In this document: piece after piece, positions 11,561 through 22,876 of the stretch | Numbering within the stretch: the stretch's first letter is position 1 | Layout: the number at the start of each line of letters is the position of its first letter | Assembly (NCBI GenBank): GCA_946965045.2 | Contig: OX337229.1 | Location: 1,550,001 to 1,614,000, forward strand | Length of the DNA: 64,000 nucleotides | DNA from: Epithemia pelagica | Lineage: Eukaryota; Protista; Bacillariophyta | Direction of reading: 5' to 3' | The notes under the pieces: model-generated | What the model was told of the DNA's origin: nothing | The model's input: only the letters and a program-made list of their open reading frames with translations | Database searches by the model: none | Position numbers and translations under genes: made by a program

Positions 11561-12625
11561 TCACGGATTCCCCGGGACACGGAAGCCTCTCGCATCTCGC
11601 GATTTGTTCTTCTTTCGACGCTTGGCCAACGCCTTCTCCACCGCCTGATCTCCGCCCCGTTTCCGAATTTCATCGAATTTAGCCTCGGCATACAATGCTT
11701 TCATTTCGCGACGCTTGAGAAAGTGAGACGCACTTCGTTGGCCAGTCTGTACCTGTTCTTGCAAACGTTTTTTGACGGATCGTTTGGCGTCTCGTTCAAT
11801 TTGTTTTCGCTCAGAGTCCGCCTTTTGTTGCTGAAGTTGTTTCAACTTCTCCATATCCTCTTCGATTGATCCTTCTCCAATCAAACCGAGCTTTCGCCGT
11901 TTCTTATTGCCCTTTTTCCCAGTCGTTTTGCGAGCTTCAATGCGTTTTTTCAACTGTTCGACTTCCTTGTCTCGAATCTCGTTTAGGAAGGCAAAGTTTC
12001 TCTCAAAATGGTCTTCGTCTAAGTGACCCGAGAGAGAAGAAACACGTGGATCTCGTGGTTTGTAGCGATGGGCTCCAATATCTACACCAATTCCTGACTC
12101 ATTCAAGTTTCGGCGACGCCCATAGAAATCGCTGCGCTTTGACGAAACTTCTGTCGGCGCATGTTTTGACTTTTTTGTCACCTTTACTTTCTTTTCTTTT
12201 GACTCATTCTCACTATCGTCTGGGTCCGGTTCTTTCCTTTTGAGCTTTGCCAATCGTTGGGAAACAAGCAACCGCGCTTTTGCCTTGCGTTCTTTGGAGC
12301 CAGCATATGCCCGGTTCCTCTGCGACAGTTCCTCTTCTTGCCGAGACAATCTTTCACCCAGGGAAAGAAACTTTTCCTTTCTCAAATCCCCTGACGATAC
12401 GACAGGAACCTCTTCGTTGCTTTCGTCCATAGAGACGTGGATATCTGATGCGGACGAGGCTGAATCGTCCTCGTCACTTTGACTTTCTTCGTCGATGGAA
12501 GATTTGCGATTTATCTCGTGACTTTTACTCATGAAGGGTGTCCCTTCAGCGGGTTGGGAGGAAGATGAAGAATCATCATTACTATCGGATGATTCATCGT
12601 GGAGATCGAGGTCGGGCCTCGTCAT
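11561..12625 (-). CDS. RRP36: rRNA biogenesis protein RRP36 (DUF947)
   Basis: PTEVSSKR, RDPRV, FAFLNEIRDKEV, FLKRREMK..KF..I...G..VEKALAKRRKKN; acidic N-terminus. Confidence 0.85.
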   Translation of the reverse strand: MTRPDLDLHDESSDSNDDSSSSSQPAEGTPFMSKSHEINRKSSIDEESQSDEDDSASSASDIHVSMDESNEEVPVVSSGDLRKEKFLSLGERLSRQEEELSQRNRAYAGSKERKAKARLLVSQRLAKLKRKEPDPDDSENESKEKKVKVTKKSKHAPTEVSSKRSDFYGRRRNLNESGIGVDIGAHRYKPRDPRVSSLSGHLDEDHFERNFAFLNEIRDKEVEQLKKRIEARKTTGKKGNKKRRKLGLIGEGSIEEDMEKLKQLQQQKADSERKQIERDAKRSVKKRLQEQVQTGQRSASHFLKRREMKALYAEAKFDEIRKRGGDQAVEKALAKRRKKNKSRDARGFRVPGNP

Positions 12626-12820
12626 GGTGGGACTGTGTTGAGTTTTGTAAAAAAATTACTGGTTGTGATTTTTTTGTGATGGTTTGAAATTCAAAATTTT
12701 AAATTTTGACCCGGAAGCACGGTGTACTGCCCTCATTTTTTCTTTTCCGATCCAATTCGTATCTTCGCTATCGCCATTGGCATTCTGCGGCTTTGGTGCG
12801 ATTGTCTGGTTGTCTATTCC

Positions 12821-14416
12821 ATGACACGTGTGGTTTGTTTTCTTTTGTTCCTTCATATAATAAATGTTCTCTTGTGTCTACCCATGGTTTCGTCGTTGCT
12901 CTCGACGCGGACGAATCTCAATCCGACATGGTTGTCTCAGGGAACAGTCCGTCGGATGACACGACAATTCGCATCGTTGAATATTGCGGTCGTTGGAGGT
13001 GGTGCCAGTGGCATATTTTCGGCCATTGCTGCGGCGGAAAATTTGAATGCAAGGGCGGAGAATAGTGGGGCAGACACGGTTCAAGTTACGGTCCTCGAAG
13101 CGACAAACAACACGCTGAGCAAAGTGAAAATCTCTGGTGGTGGGAGATGCAATGTCTTGCATGATACCAGCAAGCCTGTTGGCGAGATTCTGCAAGGATA
13201 TCCTCGTGGACGAAAGGAACTCATTGGAATATTTCACAAGCGATTCACACCCTCCAATGCACGGCAATGGTTTGAGAGTCGGGGCGTGCAACTCAAGACG
13301 GAAGCCGACGGACGCATGTTTCCAACCTCAGACTCTTCCCAAACAATCATTGACACTCTCCTATCAGCAGCCCAAAAGGCAAATGTACATATTCAATACA
13401 GATTCAAGGTCGAACAAGTGGCGGTCCTGGATCCATCGTCCGAAGTGAATGTTGACTCACAGGAAATACATTCCACAACCAATCACCAATTTTGTGTATC
13501 GACAAAATCTCGACACTCTCAAAATGAGAATTCAGTGTCCAAGAGCACACCAGACATGTATTTTGATGCTGTCATACTGGCAACAGGATCCATGCCTGCT
13601 GGGTATAAAATGGTACAACATTTGAACCATTCCTTTGTTCCGACGGTGCCCTCACTCTTTACTTTGAATTCCCGAGAAGAAATCAATCATGAACATGGTC
13701 TACTGCACGGACTCGCCGGTATATCCGTTCCCTACGCGGAGGTTTCCTTTCGCGTGCCGGGGCAGAAAAAGCCACTGCAAAAAGAAGAGGGACCATTGTT
13801 GATTACCCATCATGGTCTCTCGGGGCCGGCAATTCTACGACTTTCTGCCTTTGGAGCTCGAGAATTGGCCAAAGTCAAGTACCAAGGAATTCTTCGAATC
13901 AATTGGGCTCCTCACTTGGGCACGGTAGAAGATGTAATGGAAGAATTGTGGAAATGTACGTCGTTGCGTCCCAAAAAGCATGTCTCCAATCATTGTCCGC
14001 TCATGTTGCCGGGAGGGGAAACGGAAGGATCCGCTATTCCACGGCGTCTGTGGTCCTCCATGGTACAAAGGGTGGGGTTTAGTGAATCACAAATTTGGGC
14101 TTCGGCCAGCAAAAAGTTGGTTCGGAAACTGGCCATGGACGTTTGTGCCTGTGACATTGAAATATCGGGGAAAAGCACCTACAAGGACGAATTTGTTACT
14201 GCCGGTGGTGTGTCGCTCAAGGAAATTGATATGCAAACGATGCAAAGTAAAAAGTATCCAGGCTTGTTCTTTTGTGGAGAGCTCGTCAATGTGGATGGTG
14301 TCACAGGCGGATACAACTTTTTGAATTGCTGGTCCACGGGCTATATTGCAGGCAACAGTGCCGCGGACTTTATGGTTCAAAAACTGCAACAACAACAGTC
14401 ATTATCCGCTAGTTGA
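12821..14416 (+). CDS. HI0933/YhiN(BaiN)-family FAD/NAD(P)-dependent flavoprotein
   Basis: AVVGGGASG, KVKISGGGRCNV, LKTEADGRMFP, LLITHHGLSGPAIL, FVTAGGV, GLFFCGELVNVDGVTGGYNF. Likely start Met at 12821 precedes a hydrophobic presequence. Confidence 0.93.
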   Translation: MTRVVCFLLFLHIINVLLCLPMVSSLLSTRTNLNPTWLSQGTVRRMTRQFASLNIAVVGGGASGIFSAIAAAENLNARAENSGADTVQVTVLEATNNTLSKVKISGGGRCNVLHDTSKPVGEILQGYPRGRKELIGIFHKRFTPSNARQWFESRGVQLKTEADGRMFPTSDSSQTIIDTLLSAAQKANVHIQYRFKVEQVAVLDPSSEVNVDSQEIHSTTNHQFCVSTKSRHSQNENSVSKSTPDMYFDAVILATGSMPAGYKMVQHLNHSFVPTVPSLFTLNSREEINHEHGLLHGLAGISVPYAEVSFRVPGQKKPLQKEEGPLLITHHGLSGPAILRLSAFGARELAKVKYQGILRINWAPHLGTVEDVMEELWKCTSLRPKKHVSNHCPLMLPGGETEGSAIPRRLWSSMVQRVGFSESQIWASASKKLVRKLAMDVCACDIEISGKSTYKDEFVTAGGVSLKEIDMQTMQSKKYPGLFFCGELVNVDGVTGGYNFLNCWSTGYIAGNSAADFMVQKLQQQQSLSAS

Positions 14417-14759
14417 AGCTTAACTCCATGGCAGCTGAATAGCCATGTCTATTCCCGGGATTACTAGCCTCTCATGGTTTCGAGCATTGGCACACGTAAA
14501 GCTACAGAGAATTGCAGTGCCCAGAACATTTCGACCTTTTACGAATGAAAGAACACTCAACATTAGTATTGCGTCTCTTTTATCTATCAAACTACGCCTG
14601 GAATTGAGCTGTTGTTGCCTTTCCTATTACATAGAATAGGACGATGTTTGTCGGGGAAAAGGATCATCCATGCAAGGGCGGATACGAATCTCTTGGTTGT
14701 ACAAAGCAACGTTGCACATCAAGAACACCATGGAGGGAGGAAGTGAGCCTCCGTATGTG

Positions 14760-16556
14760 CTATTGGAGCGACGATTCTTCTTGCTCCTCGGAAAAGGCAA
14801 AGATATCATCCACCAATTCGGCGGCCAGCGCATCAACAATTGGTCGACCCGATTTATTGAGATAGGTGTATATCGAGTTTCGGGACATGGCAACAATCAT
14901 ATTGTGCCCAAAGGGCCAATGGAATTGTTCATTTGCCTTGGGTGGTACCGTGACGGCATGAAAGACTTCTCGAGAGGGAGCTACTCCACGTGCTTTCAAC
15001 AAATCAATGTCGGGTGGTACGGGCGACGCGGATGATTCACGTGTCGCGGCTTCGGTTGTGGGAGCAAAGTTGCTGTCCGATGGGTCATCGTCAAAGTCCG
15101 ACTCACTAATGGTCATGCTCTCACCATCACTCCCACTGCTGTTGCTACTGGTGCTGTTGCTCAGATTGAGACGGAGGCTCGCTACTTTGGAAAGCCGAGG
15201 AATTGGATTGGACATTTTTGGAACAATCTTTCGAGGGTCCACAAAGACCTTTTTCCAACCAAGCGAATCCAGTGAACGAGACATGACTGCCAGTTCATTT
15301 TCTTCATCATCGGTTGTAGTCGCAGCAGCATCATACTCTTTTGAGGGTCGCCCTCCTGGTTGTTCTTGTTGTTGTGGGGGAGTGTACATGGTGGCAATGC
15401 AGAGATCACTGTGCTCTTCTGCGAATTTCTTTTGGATCTTGTTGGATACAAAGTGATGAGGATAATCTGATTCGTCGTGCAAGAATGCTGCCGTGTGCAC
15501 AGGCACCGGAAAATCGGTTCCATACGCATTGGCATACGCAATTCTTTGTCGAAAAAGCTTCATGGGGTCGATAAAGTGCTCCAAGGTAGCCATTTGCCGT
15601 ATCAAACTGTTGACGCGAAAAATGTCTCGACCGGTCTGCCCCAATGCAGCGGCTACGCCAAGTTCTGCCGTGCGAGGGATCTTGAAAAATGTGTGACTCG
15701 CGATCCCCAAATGAGGAGTCGCCGTCGTGCAAAAGATATTCAAGTAGAGTCGGTATCGACCATTCAGTATCAAGTGACCGGATGGGTCTCGTTCACAGTT
15801 CTCAAACAATTTGGCAATGGCAAAGCGGCTGTAGAGGCCACCAAGGCTATTTCCAAGAAAAGATACCGTGATGACAGGCATATGATTTTGTTTTGTGGCA
15901 TTGCTTTCCATCATGGATTCCCGTAGTCTCATTTCTTCGAGAATTACAGATCTCACTTCTTCCATGAGGCGTGCTCCACCAGCCTCCACACCATCATCCG
16001 TCCTTCGTTCATTGCAACTTGTTGCATGTACTACTAGATCCTGCTTTTTCCGATACGTTTCGTTTTGATTTGTCACTTGGTGTTGGCTCTGCTTATGTCC
16101 ATTCTCTTCTTCCTCTTTACGTTCCACAGCTGTCTTTCTCATGACGGCTTCCAAGTAACTCAAGTCTTTGGAATATCCACGATGACCATGGACCAAGAAA
16201 CAGAAATGAACCACGTCTGCTTCGGGGTCACGAATGTCCTCATTTTCGTAGAGTGGAATTGACTCATCGGAAGAGGAAAAGTTGAAGAGAGAAAAGTCTT
16301 CCCATAGTTCCTGGAGCATCCGTGACGACTCACGAAGTGGAGATGACATGTTATTCTCATCTTCCACCGCCTCCTCTTCTACAACCACGTCTCCTTCAAT
16401 GGTACAAATAGGCTCTGAAACCTCCGATTTTCGTCTCCGTCCAAGTCTTGCGGGCCTTCGAATTCGCTCGAAAAAGACTCTGAAGCCTTCCACGTGACAG
16501 GAAATGAACAGTAACAGAGAGGACAAAATCAACAAAAAGATAAATACATTCGACAT
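14760..16556 (-). CDS. DUF676 putative lipase/serine esterase
   Basis: FLVHGHRG, SFLGNSLGGLYSR (nucleophile elbow), TTATPHLG, RIAYANAYGTDFPV, GHNMIVA. Probable start MSNVFIFLL at 16556 within ORF 14760-16796. Confidence 0.82.
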   Translation of the reverse strand: MSNVFIFLLILSSLLLFISCHVEGFRVFFERIRRPARLGRRRKSEVSEPICTIEGDVVVEEEAVEDENNMSSPLRESSRMLQELWEDFSLFNFSSSDESIPLYENEDIRDPEADVVHFCFLVHGHRGYSKDLSYLEAVMRKTAVERKEEEENGHKQSQHQVTNQNETYRKKQDLVVHATSCNERRTDDGVEAGGARLMEEVRSVILEEMRLRESMMESNATKQNHMPVITVSFLGNSLGGLYSRFAIAKLFENCERDPSGHLILNGRYRLYLNIFCTTATPHLGIASHTFFKIPRTAELGVAAALGQTGRDIFRVNSLIRQMATLEHFIDPMKLFRQRIAYANAYGTDFPVPVHTAAFLHDESDYPHHFVSNKIQKKFAEEHSDLCIATMYTPPQQQEQPGGRPSKEYDAAATTTDDEENELAVMSRSLDSLGWKKVFVDPRKIVPKMSNPIPRLSKVASLRLNLSNSTSSNSSGSDGESMTISESDFDDDPSDSNFAPTTEAATRESSASPVPPDIDLLKARGVAPSREVFHAVTVPPKANEQFHWPFGHNMIVAMSRNSIYTYLNKSGRPIVDALAAELVDDIFAFSEEQEESSLQ

Positions 16557-17589
16557 TTTGGTGGCAGCAAAGGAAGACGCCGAAATATAACTGAAACCGT
16601 AGCCTTCGACAAGGCTTACGTGATAGGTGTCATGCAAGGCTGTTGATCCGCTGGAGGAGGTGGTTGTAGTTGTTGCTGAGTTTAATTGGCTCCAAACAGA
16701 GCCCCACAAATCCATGTCTTGGTGTGCAATTTGTACCCTAAAAATTCGTGTTGGTGAGGAATTTTCTGAGTTGATAGAAGGGGATCGAAAAACCAAAAGA
16801 GCTTTGCAGGTTGCTCTAAGTGCTCAATGGGAAGGAATGAAGTGGACTTGGATGGTGTCGGGGGGTTCCCACGAGGACAGTGCGGTTGTCTTGTTGTGGC
16901 TATTGTTCAAAATAATTGTATGGGACAACAACGAAGAGTTCCTTCGATCATCCCCCCTCTTGCTTGTCGTCTTGCAGAAATGCTCCGCGTGTGTTCAAAA
17001 CCACACCCCACACACAAACCGGAACTGCGAACACCAAAAAAGTCAGTGGGTGTCGTGACGGTGGAATGGCAAACACGACAGAAAGTAACAATCCTTGGCG
17101 ATCGCATTCTGTGTCGTACGGCCAGAATCGTTTCACGATTCAGTCAACCTCTCGTCGAATTCCATTCTTGTTCACGCCAAGGCTTGTACAACCCAACGGT
17201 CCGATATGTGTGAAAATTTCGAAGAAGCGCCGGCCTGCGAGACACGCAGACACCGAGACGTCGTTTGGGCCGACAGGGTTGTATCGTTCGAGACACGGGA
17301 GTAAATCGCATGGTAAGACTGACAATCTACCTAGGGCAACTCTCGAGCTAGAGGGGACAACTGAAGAAGTACTCCTAGCACTTAGCAATCTCTCAAGTAA
17401 CTTCTACACAACCTGTGGGCACCTAGAAAGTGGCCAATGTGCATTCTACGATAGAAGGAATCGAAAGCCACTAGGAATACTCTCTGACAGAAACTCGAGC
17501 AACCCTTTTGTTGTGAAACGGCTCTCGTTCTTGCCGGGTGATGCCATGGCATAACAAAAACTCTATGGTTCCAGTCCTCCCTGTCCTAC

Positions 17590-18765
17590 CTAGTTCTTTT
17601 TCCCTCGTACCACCATGGCTACAGCAACCACAATTCCTGCACTCAGAGCACCAACCAAATACATGGCATTGTCGCGAAAGGGATTTCGATCTCGGTTCCC
17701 CGATTTAATGTGGACCTTCCCATCCTTTGAAACCGGTCGATGGAGTTTGTAAATTTTGTGACAGTGCTGACCCGCCAATGTCTTGTTGAAATCGTGCACG
17801 AGCTGCATAAATTCTGCAGGACTGGCCTCTTCTCGGATACTCCGAATGGAGGCTTGAGCCGGACAAATCATGATGCTTGCCAAGGCGGCAAAGGTCAAAT
17901 CGGCCGCCGTGAATCCATACTTTGTTTCGCGTGTATCAAAAATGTATTCTCCTCCATTGCGTTGCAATCGTTCGGAAATCTCGTGGAGTACTAATTTCAC
18001 TTCCTCCACGGATTTTCGGTTCACCTCGGCATTCCATTTGAGAGTAGATTTCAATCCCTTGTCAATTCCCTTATCCAGCATTTTTTCAAAGAGTGTAGAC
18101 TCCACTTTGGATGAGCTGTGACAGGTGAATCGACAATATTCTTTGTAGTATTTTTTGTCCTCGTCGAGAAAGTAGTAGTAACAAATGGCACGGATCGTGG
18201 CTCCCAACCGCTCCGCCAAATCCACTTCAAACTCTTTGACTTGCTGTTCAATTTCAGAAGGATAGAGAGAGGGGCACATTTCCTGCAGAATTTTGTCCGA
18301 TTGTGCAATGGTGCGTCCACTGGGGAAGACGAGCAGCGGCGTCAACGAGGTTGTGCCATCCGTCAAGGGCAAGGTTTGATAGGCATGAAAGACTGGAGGA
18401 TGGGCATCTTCCGTGTAATAGTAGGGACTGTTTGGATATTGTTCCAACAAATCCAAACCCCAGCGAGCTTTTTCACAAAAGTGACTTATTCCAATCGTCA
18501 CCAAACGCAAATGCTTCGTCTTGGATGGCGACGGTGGCTCCCTGGAATCGTCGACTCGGGAAAACAGTTCCACCAGAATGCGTGCCACGCCCAAGGGATG
18601 AAATCCACGAATTCTGTCCAGCGTCATGGGTTTCGTATCGCATGGTGGCAAATCCTTACGCTGTGTGAAAGAAGCCGTGGTGGGCATGGTGGTCGTCGAA
18701 GATGCCATGATCCATGATATCCTCGTCGTCTTGTCTCGCTGGCCGAAGAAGGGTTCTTGGGCCAT
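17590..18765 (-). CDS. Glutathione S-transferase-like protein with C-terminal membrane anchor
   Basis: SHFCEKARWGLD, LTP, QSDKIL, FTAADLTFAAL; hydrophobic C-terminus followed by RGKKN. Confidence 0.78.
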   Translation of the reverse strand: MAQEPFFGQRDKTTRISWIMASSTTTMPTTASFTQRKDLPPCDTKPMTLDRIRGFHPLGVARILVELFSRVDDSREPPSPSKTKHLRLVTIGISHFCEKARWGLDLLEQYPNSPYYYTEDAHPPVFHAYQTLPLTDGTTSLTPLLVFPSGRTIAQSDKILQEMCPSLYPSEIEQQVKEFEVDLAERLGATIRAICYYYFLDEDKKYYKEYCRFTCHSSSKVESTLFEKMLDKGIDKGLKSTLKWNAEVNRKSVEEVKLVLHEISERLQRNGGEYIFDTRETKYGFTAADLTFAALASIMICPAQASIRSIREEASPAEFMQLVHDFNKTLAGQHCHKIYKLHRPVSKDGKVHIKSGNRDRNPFRDNAMYLVGALSAGIVVAVAMVVRGKKN

Positions 18766-19137
18766 GTCGATGGGGGTTCATGGATCTTTGTGTCTCGTCT
18801 TGCGAATGAAAGATGCGGTCGCGTATTGTGTCGCGTATTGTGTGCGTCACGGTGATGACGTGGGTAAAAGCTCTAGTGGTCGTATCCATTTATTTCAAAA
18901 AAGAAATTTCACGACACACAGTTCTTACTTCTGGAGTGTAACATTTTGAATGACACATGGCTTCCTCCATCCATTCGCCATCGATCGTCTCGGTGATGGT
19001 GATGGCCACAAGGGTCGACAGTAGACACTATACACCTACCTCCCTGCATTCGTTCCATTCATTATTGTGAGTGTGTTGTACGGCAGAGAGCGACACCTAG
19101 CAGCAGACGACGACGATAGTTGCGCGAGTCAAGCATC

Positions 19138-20696
19138 ATGGGATCGGGCCAATCCAAACAGCCATCCGAATCGGTATCGTCGACAGTGTCGAAATCCAGT
19201 GATGGACAGCCCCCAGTGACAGTGCCTGCCAAAGACAATCAAGGCCCCGCTAATACCGACTCGGTGCCTGCGGAACAAAACTCGGAGAGCAAATGTCCGA
19301 TGCATCGCTCCGACGGTTCCTATAGCTTTGACTGGGCAGCCTTGTTGAGACCATCCTTTCCGCATGGACCGAATGGGAAGAAACCCTTGAGCGAAGAAGA
19401 GGCCAAGGCCAAGATTGCTCGTCGAGCTACGGCACTCGATGCTGGCTTTGCCTCACCAGGTGGATTGTGTCCGGTGCAACATCGAGAGTACAATGTCTAC
19501 TCGCAACCCATTGATCCTTCCAACAATATGCCGCAAAATCCCAATCAATTGCCGGCACCCGAACAAACGGCCAACCTCTCGACGGATCGAGTGAAAAGCA
19601 ACATTCCCAAGGTAGGTACATGTCTGAAAAATCATCTTTTCCATCTTCAATTGCTCAAGATTCTGGTTTAAATTTGACTTGGCCTGATACTTCTTTCGCG
19701 CACACGGTCCAACTATGTGGATTGATGCAGGGAGGTGCAGCCGATGGAACCACGTGGACGTACCCCTCGGCTCAAATGTTTTACAATGCACTGGCTAGAA
19801 AAGGCAAATTGGGTGATACACGAGAAGAAGAAATCGACAGTGTCGTCGCCTTACACAACAATATGAATGAAAAGACATGGAAAACAGTACTGGAATGGGA
19901 AGCGGCAACAGCGTCGTCACCTTTGGATCCGACCAATGAAGAAAAAATGGAAGCACCGAAACTGCTCAAATTTACCGGACGACCCAAGGATTTGAGTCCC
20001 AAAGCGTGGATGAAACACAAACTGTTAGGTCACCCGTTGCCATTTGATCGCCATGATTGGACCATTCTACGACCCAACGGCACCACCGTGCGATACGTCA
20101 TTGACTATTACTATGACGAAACACGAGCCAGAGAAGACGACAAAAGCGGCATGCCAGACATGAACGATTCCTTGGCCACACCTTCTCTTTTGGTGGATGT
20201 GAGACCAGCTTTGGACGGGCCGTCGCAACTTTTTAACCGCACGGTGCGAATGCCCTACATGCAATGGTCCGGCGTCACGTCGTACCAGTACATGCCATTA
20301 TGGCCCACAGATGAAATGCGGAACCAGGTAAAAGAATCGGTAGACGTATGGAAAACGATTCAAGCAAAGGCCAATGGAGAGAGCACAGACGAACCCACCA
20401 TCAAACCACTCAGCGAGAAAGAGGCACAAGCGCTGAGGACCGACATGACCAAAGCAATTGGAGCATGTCGAGCCCTACAAAGAAAGGTGGATCAATGTCA
20501 GTCCGACAACGAGTGCGCCAAAGCCAGTTTAGATCTCACAATAGGCATGGGCAAAATCCTTTGTCCTTTGCAGCATTCACATTTCGGCACGGCATTGTCC
20601 AATACAGATGAGACCAAAATCGAACATACCCTGGAACGATTGGGTGAATGTGTGGTGTTGAGATCAACGCAATATGACGCTCTGCAATCCAAGTGA
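19138..20696 (+). CDS. HCCS: Holocytochrome c synthase (cytochrome c heme lyase), 2 exons
   Basis: Exons 19138-19611 and 19731-20696. CPM/CPV heme-regulatory motifs, WTYPSAQMFYNAL.RKG, HNNMNEKTW, F.GRP.DLSPKA, PFDRHDW, VRYVIDYY. Confidence 0.94.
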
Positions 20697-20954
20697 AGGT
20701 GGTAGTACTTTTTCTCTAGACAACGAGGCCTTAAAGATATACTTTTTTCTTGACGTTTGTTTCCGTTTTGCTGTGGTTGCAAATGACAACCTCATGCGTA
20801 TGAAGTGTGACTGCTAGTGTTAGCACTTGTGTGTGTCCACCACATTTGGCGCACACGAGATTATTAGCATAATGGCATTGGATCCAACCACAAAGCAGGT
20901 ACCACCAATGGGATATCCCTTTCAACATCAGCTGACAGATACGATAAGTTGTTT

Positions 20955-21846
20955 CTAGTCCAAATACAGAACTGTCACCAGCATGTCCAACTTTTTTGCT
21001 TCTTTTGAAGCTTCAATGACCGTAGTGCTTTCATGAAAGGCAAAGCTGATCAACTGGTCCGTTTGACTGAGTAAGTAGCTGTTGCAAATTCGACTGGCAA
21101 TGTCTAACGACAATTCATCATTCTGTGGCATTGCCACCACATCGTCCACCCGTTCCAGCAATTCTTGTGATTCTTTGGGTTGTTTGCCCATACTTTGAGG
21201 TAGAACGACGGTCAATAAGTCTGGACGTTCCGCTCTCAACGCTCCCCGAATTGTGGCCGCGTGAGTTCCACCGGCACCCGACGTGTACACATGGTTCCCC
21301 GACAACACCAGTGCATATGCTCTGCATGGATCATAGATAGGAAATGAAAAAATGTGTACAGAGTCAGACAGGATCTTCCGTCACAGATCATTGATCTATT
21401 GTGAAATTTTCATGAGCATACACTTACAAAAGTTCGATAATTTGTTGATGCAAGTAGGAGCAATGTCTTGTGCCCAAAATGCAATACTTTTGGGGACCCT
21501 GCTGTTGAATCGCCGCAAGCTCTTTCAGGATGGAAGTTACACTGCGCTCTTTTTCTTGTACTCTTATTTGTGGGTCTCCCACCTTGACACCTTCTCCAAT
21601 CCTCTCGGAAGGATCGTAACCACCCAAATCACGATCAGGGCGTGGCTTGTTTTCCCTGTCTTTTGGAGACAAAGGCTCTTCGTCATCTTGGTTGCTCTTC
21701 GGAACCATTGCGATCGATAGAAGGCAGTCAAACTGCTCGGTTTGACGAGTGGGTAGTCGGTTCATGGTATGCTTGATCGGAACAGTGAAACTCGACATAC
21801 CACCGATTAGAAGAAGAAAGGACACAAGATGAAGGCATTGTCCCAT
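20955..21846 (-). CDS. DprA/Smf(LOG)-fold protein of the cyanobacterial/plastid type, 2 exons
   Basis: Exons 21846-21428 and 21321-20955 join in frame (IIELL|AYALVLSGNHVYTSGAGGTHAATIRGALRA). ILGTRH motif; signal peptide followed by F (MSS-FTVP). Confidence 0.72.
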
Positions 21847-22121
21847 CCTTGTTGAGGATTGTCTGCTTCGTTTGAGTTGCGCCATTGTTGGACGTTGTGG
21901 ATTCTGAGTTCGCCCCATGCCTTTCTGATCGGCAGACAGCTCGGTGGACTGTTGGATTGTTCTATTGGAATGTGAGTGTTCTTCGTTCGGCTTTGCAGAT
22001 GGTGAAGGATCCTTGCGGATGTGGAAGAGTGGAACTGCAACTGGAGGAGTGGAAGGGAGTCGCGTGTCATGGACTTTGGTCGCACGTTTTCGTTCAAAGA
22101 GAATCATCCAACAGATGCACC

Positions 22122-22682
22122 ATGACAATGGCGTCTTCCGATTCGCAAACGTTGTTGGATGAACAAATTCAACTGCCTTTATTGAAATATGGATATCGAA
22201 CAGTACCATTGGAATGGAACGAAGTTGTCCACATCATCAATGTGGAAGGAGATCTTGATAAACTCACACGAAGCGAGAAACAACAACGTGAATACATGAT
22301 CTACACACGCAGAATCAAGGAAGAATGGCGTTCCGTCATGGATTATGTTTTTTATACAAAATTTGGACTGGAAAAAATGATTGATGAACGGGATAATCGG
22401 TGGTATGTGTATCCACCATTATCAGAAATCACTGGAGTGCACACTCGCATTGTAAGGAATGATTTTCCGTACTGTTTCCAAAGAAACATTGAGCACTGGG
22501 TTCTCTGGAAGATTGGTGAGGATTGCTCGGAGTCGGATATCACAGCGGCAAAGGATTCAATAAGAAAAGACCTTGGAAACGTACGAGATTTCATTCATTG
22601 GATAAACCCGCCCCATCTCAAGAGTCTCCCTGAAGTTGACCACGCTCACATTTTAGTCCTTCGTGACGATGCCAGTTTCTGA
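22122..22682 (+). CDS. GIG1/DUF3605 family protein (HIT-like)
   Basis: NDFPY....IEHWVLW and WINPPHLKSLPEVDHAHIL motifs; probable start MTMASS at 22122. Confidence 0.82.
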   Translation: MTMASSDSQTLLDEQIQLPLLKYGYRTVPLEWNEVVHIINVEGDLDKLTRSEKQQREYMIYTRRIKEEWRSVMDYVFYTKFGLEKMIDERDNRWYVYPPLSEITGVHTRIVRNDFPYCFQRNIEHWVLWKIGEDCSESDITAAKDSIRKDLGNVRDFIHWINPPHLKSLPEVDHAHILVLRDDASF

Positions 22683-22876
22683 AAAAGTCGAAAGGCTCTA
22701 TGGACTTGAGCATGTCTGCCATCATGGTGGTCTCAAGTAGAGAACCGTGGGACGGGAACTTCTCGCCTGGCTTTCGCTCAATGATCACAGTTTTGGCTTG
22801 CAAGTAGCAGAGAAAGGTTGATGGGTCGAAGTACCATGCTTGTTCTTTCGTACCACTTTTTTTAACACTGGTTTCA

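Noticed and set aside
16916-17554. 212-aa and overlapping ORFs between the DUF676 and GST genes
   Set aside because: No motifs, several overlapping frames of similar length, and promoter/terminator-like sequence; probably spurious.
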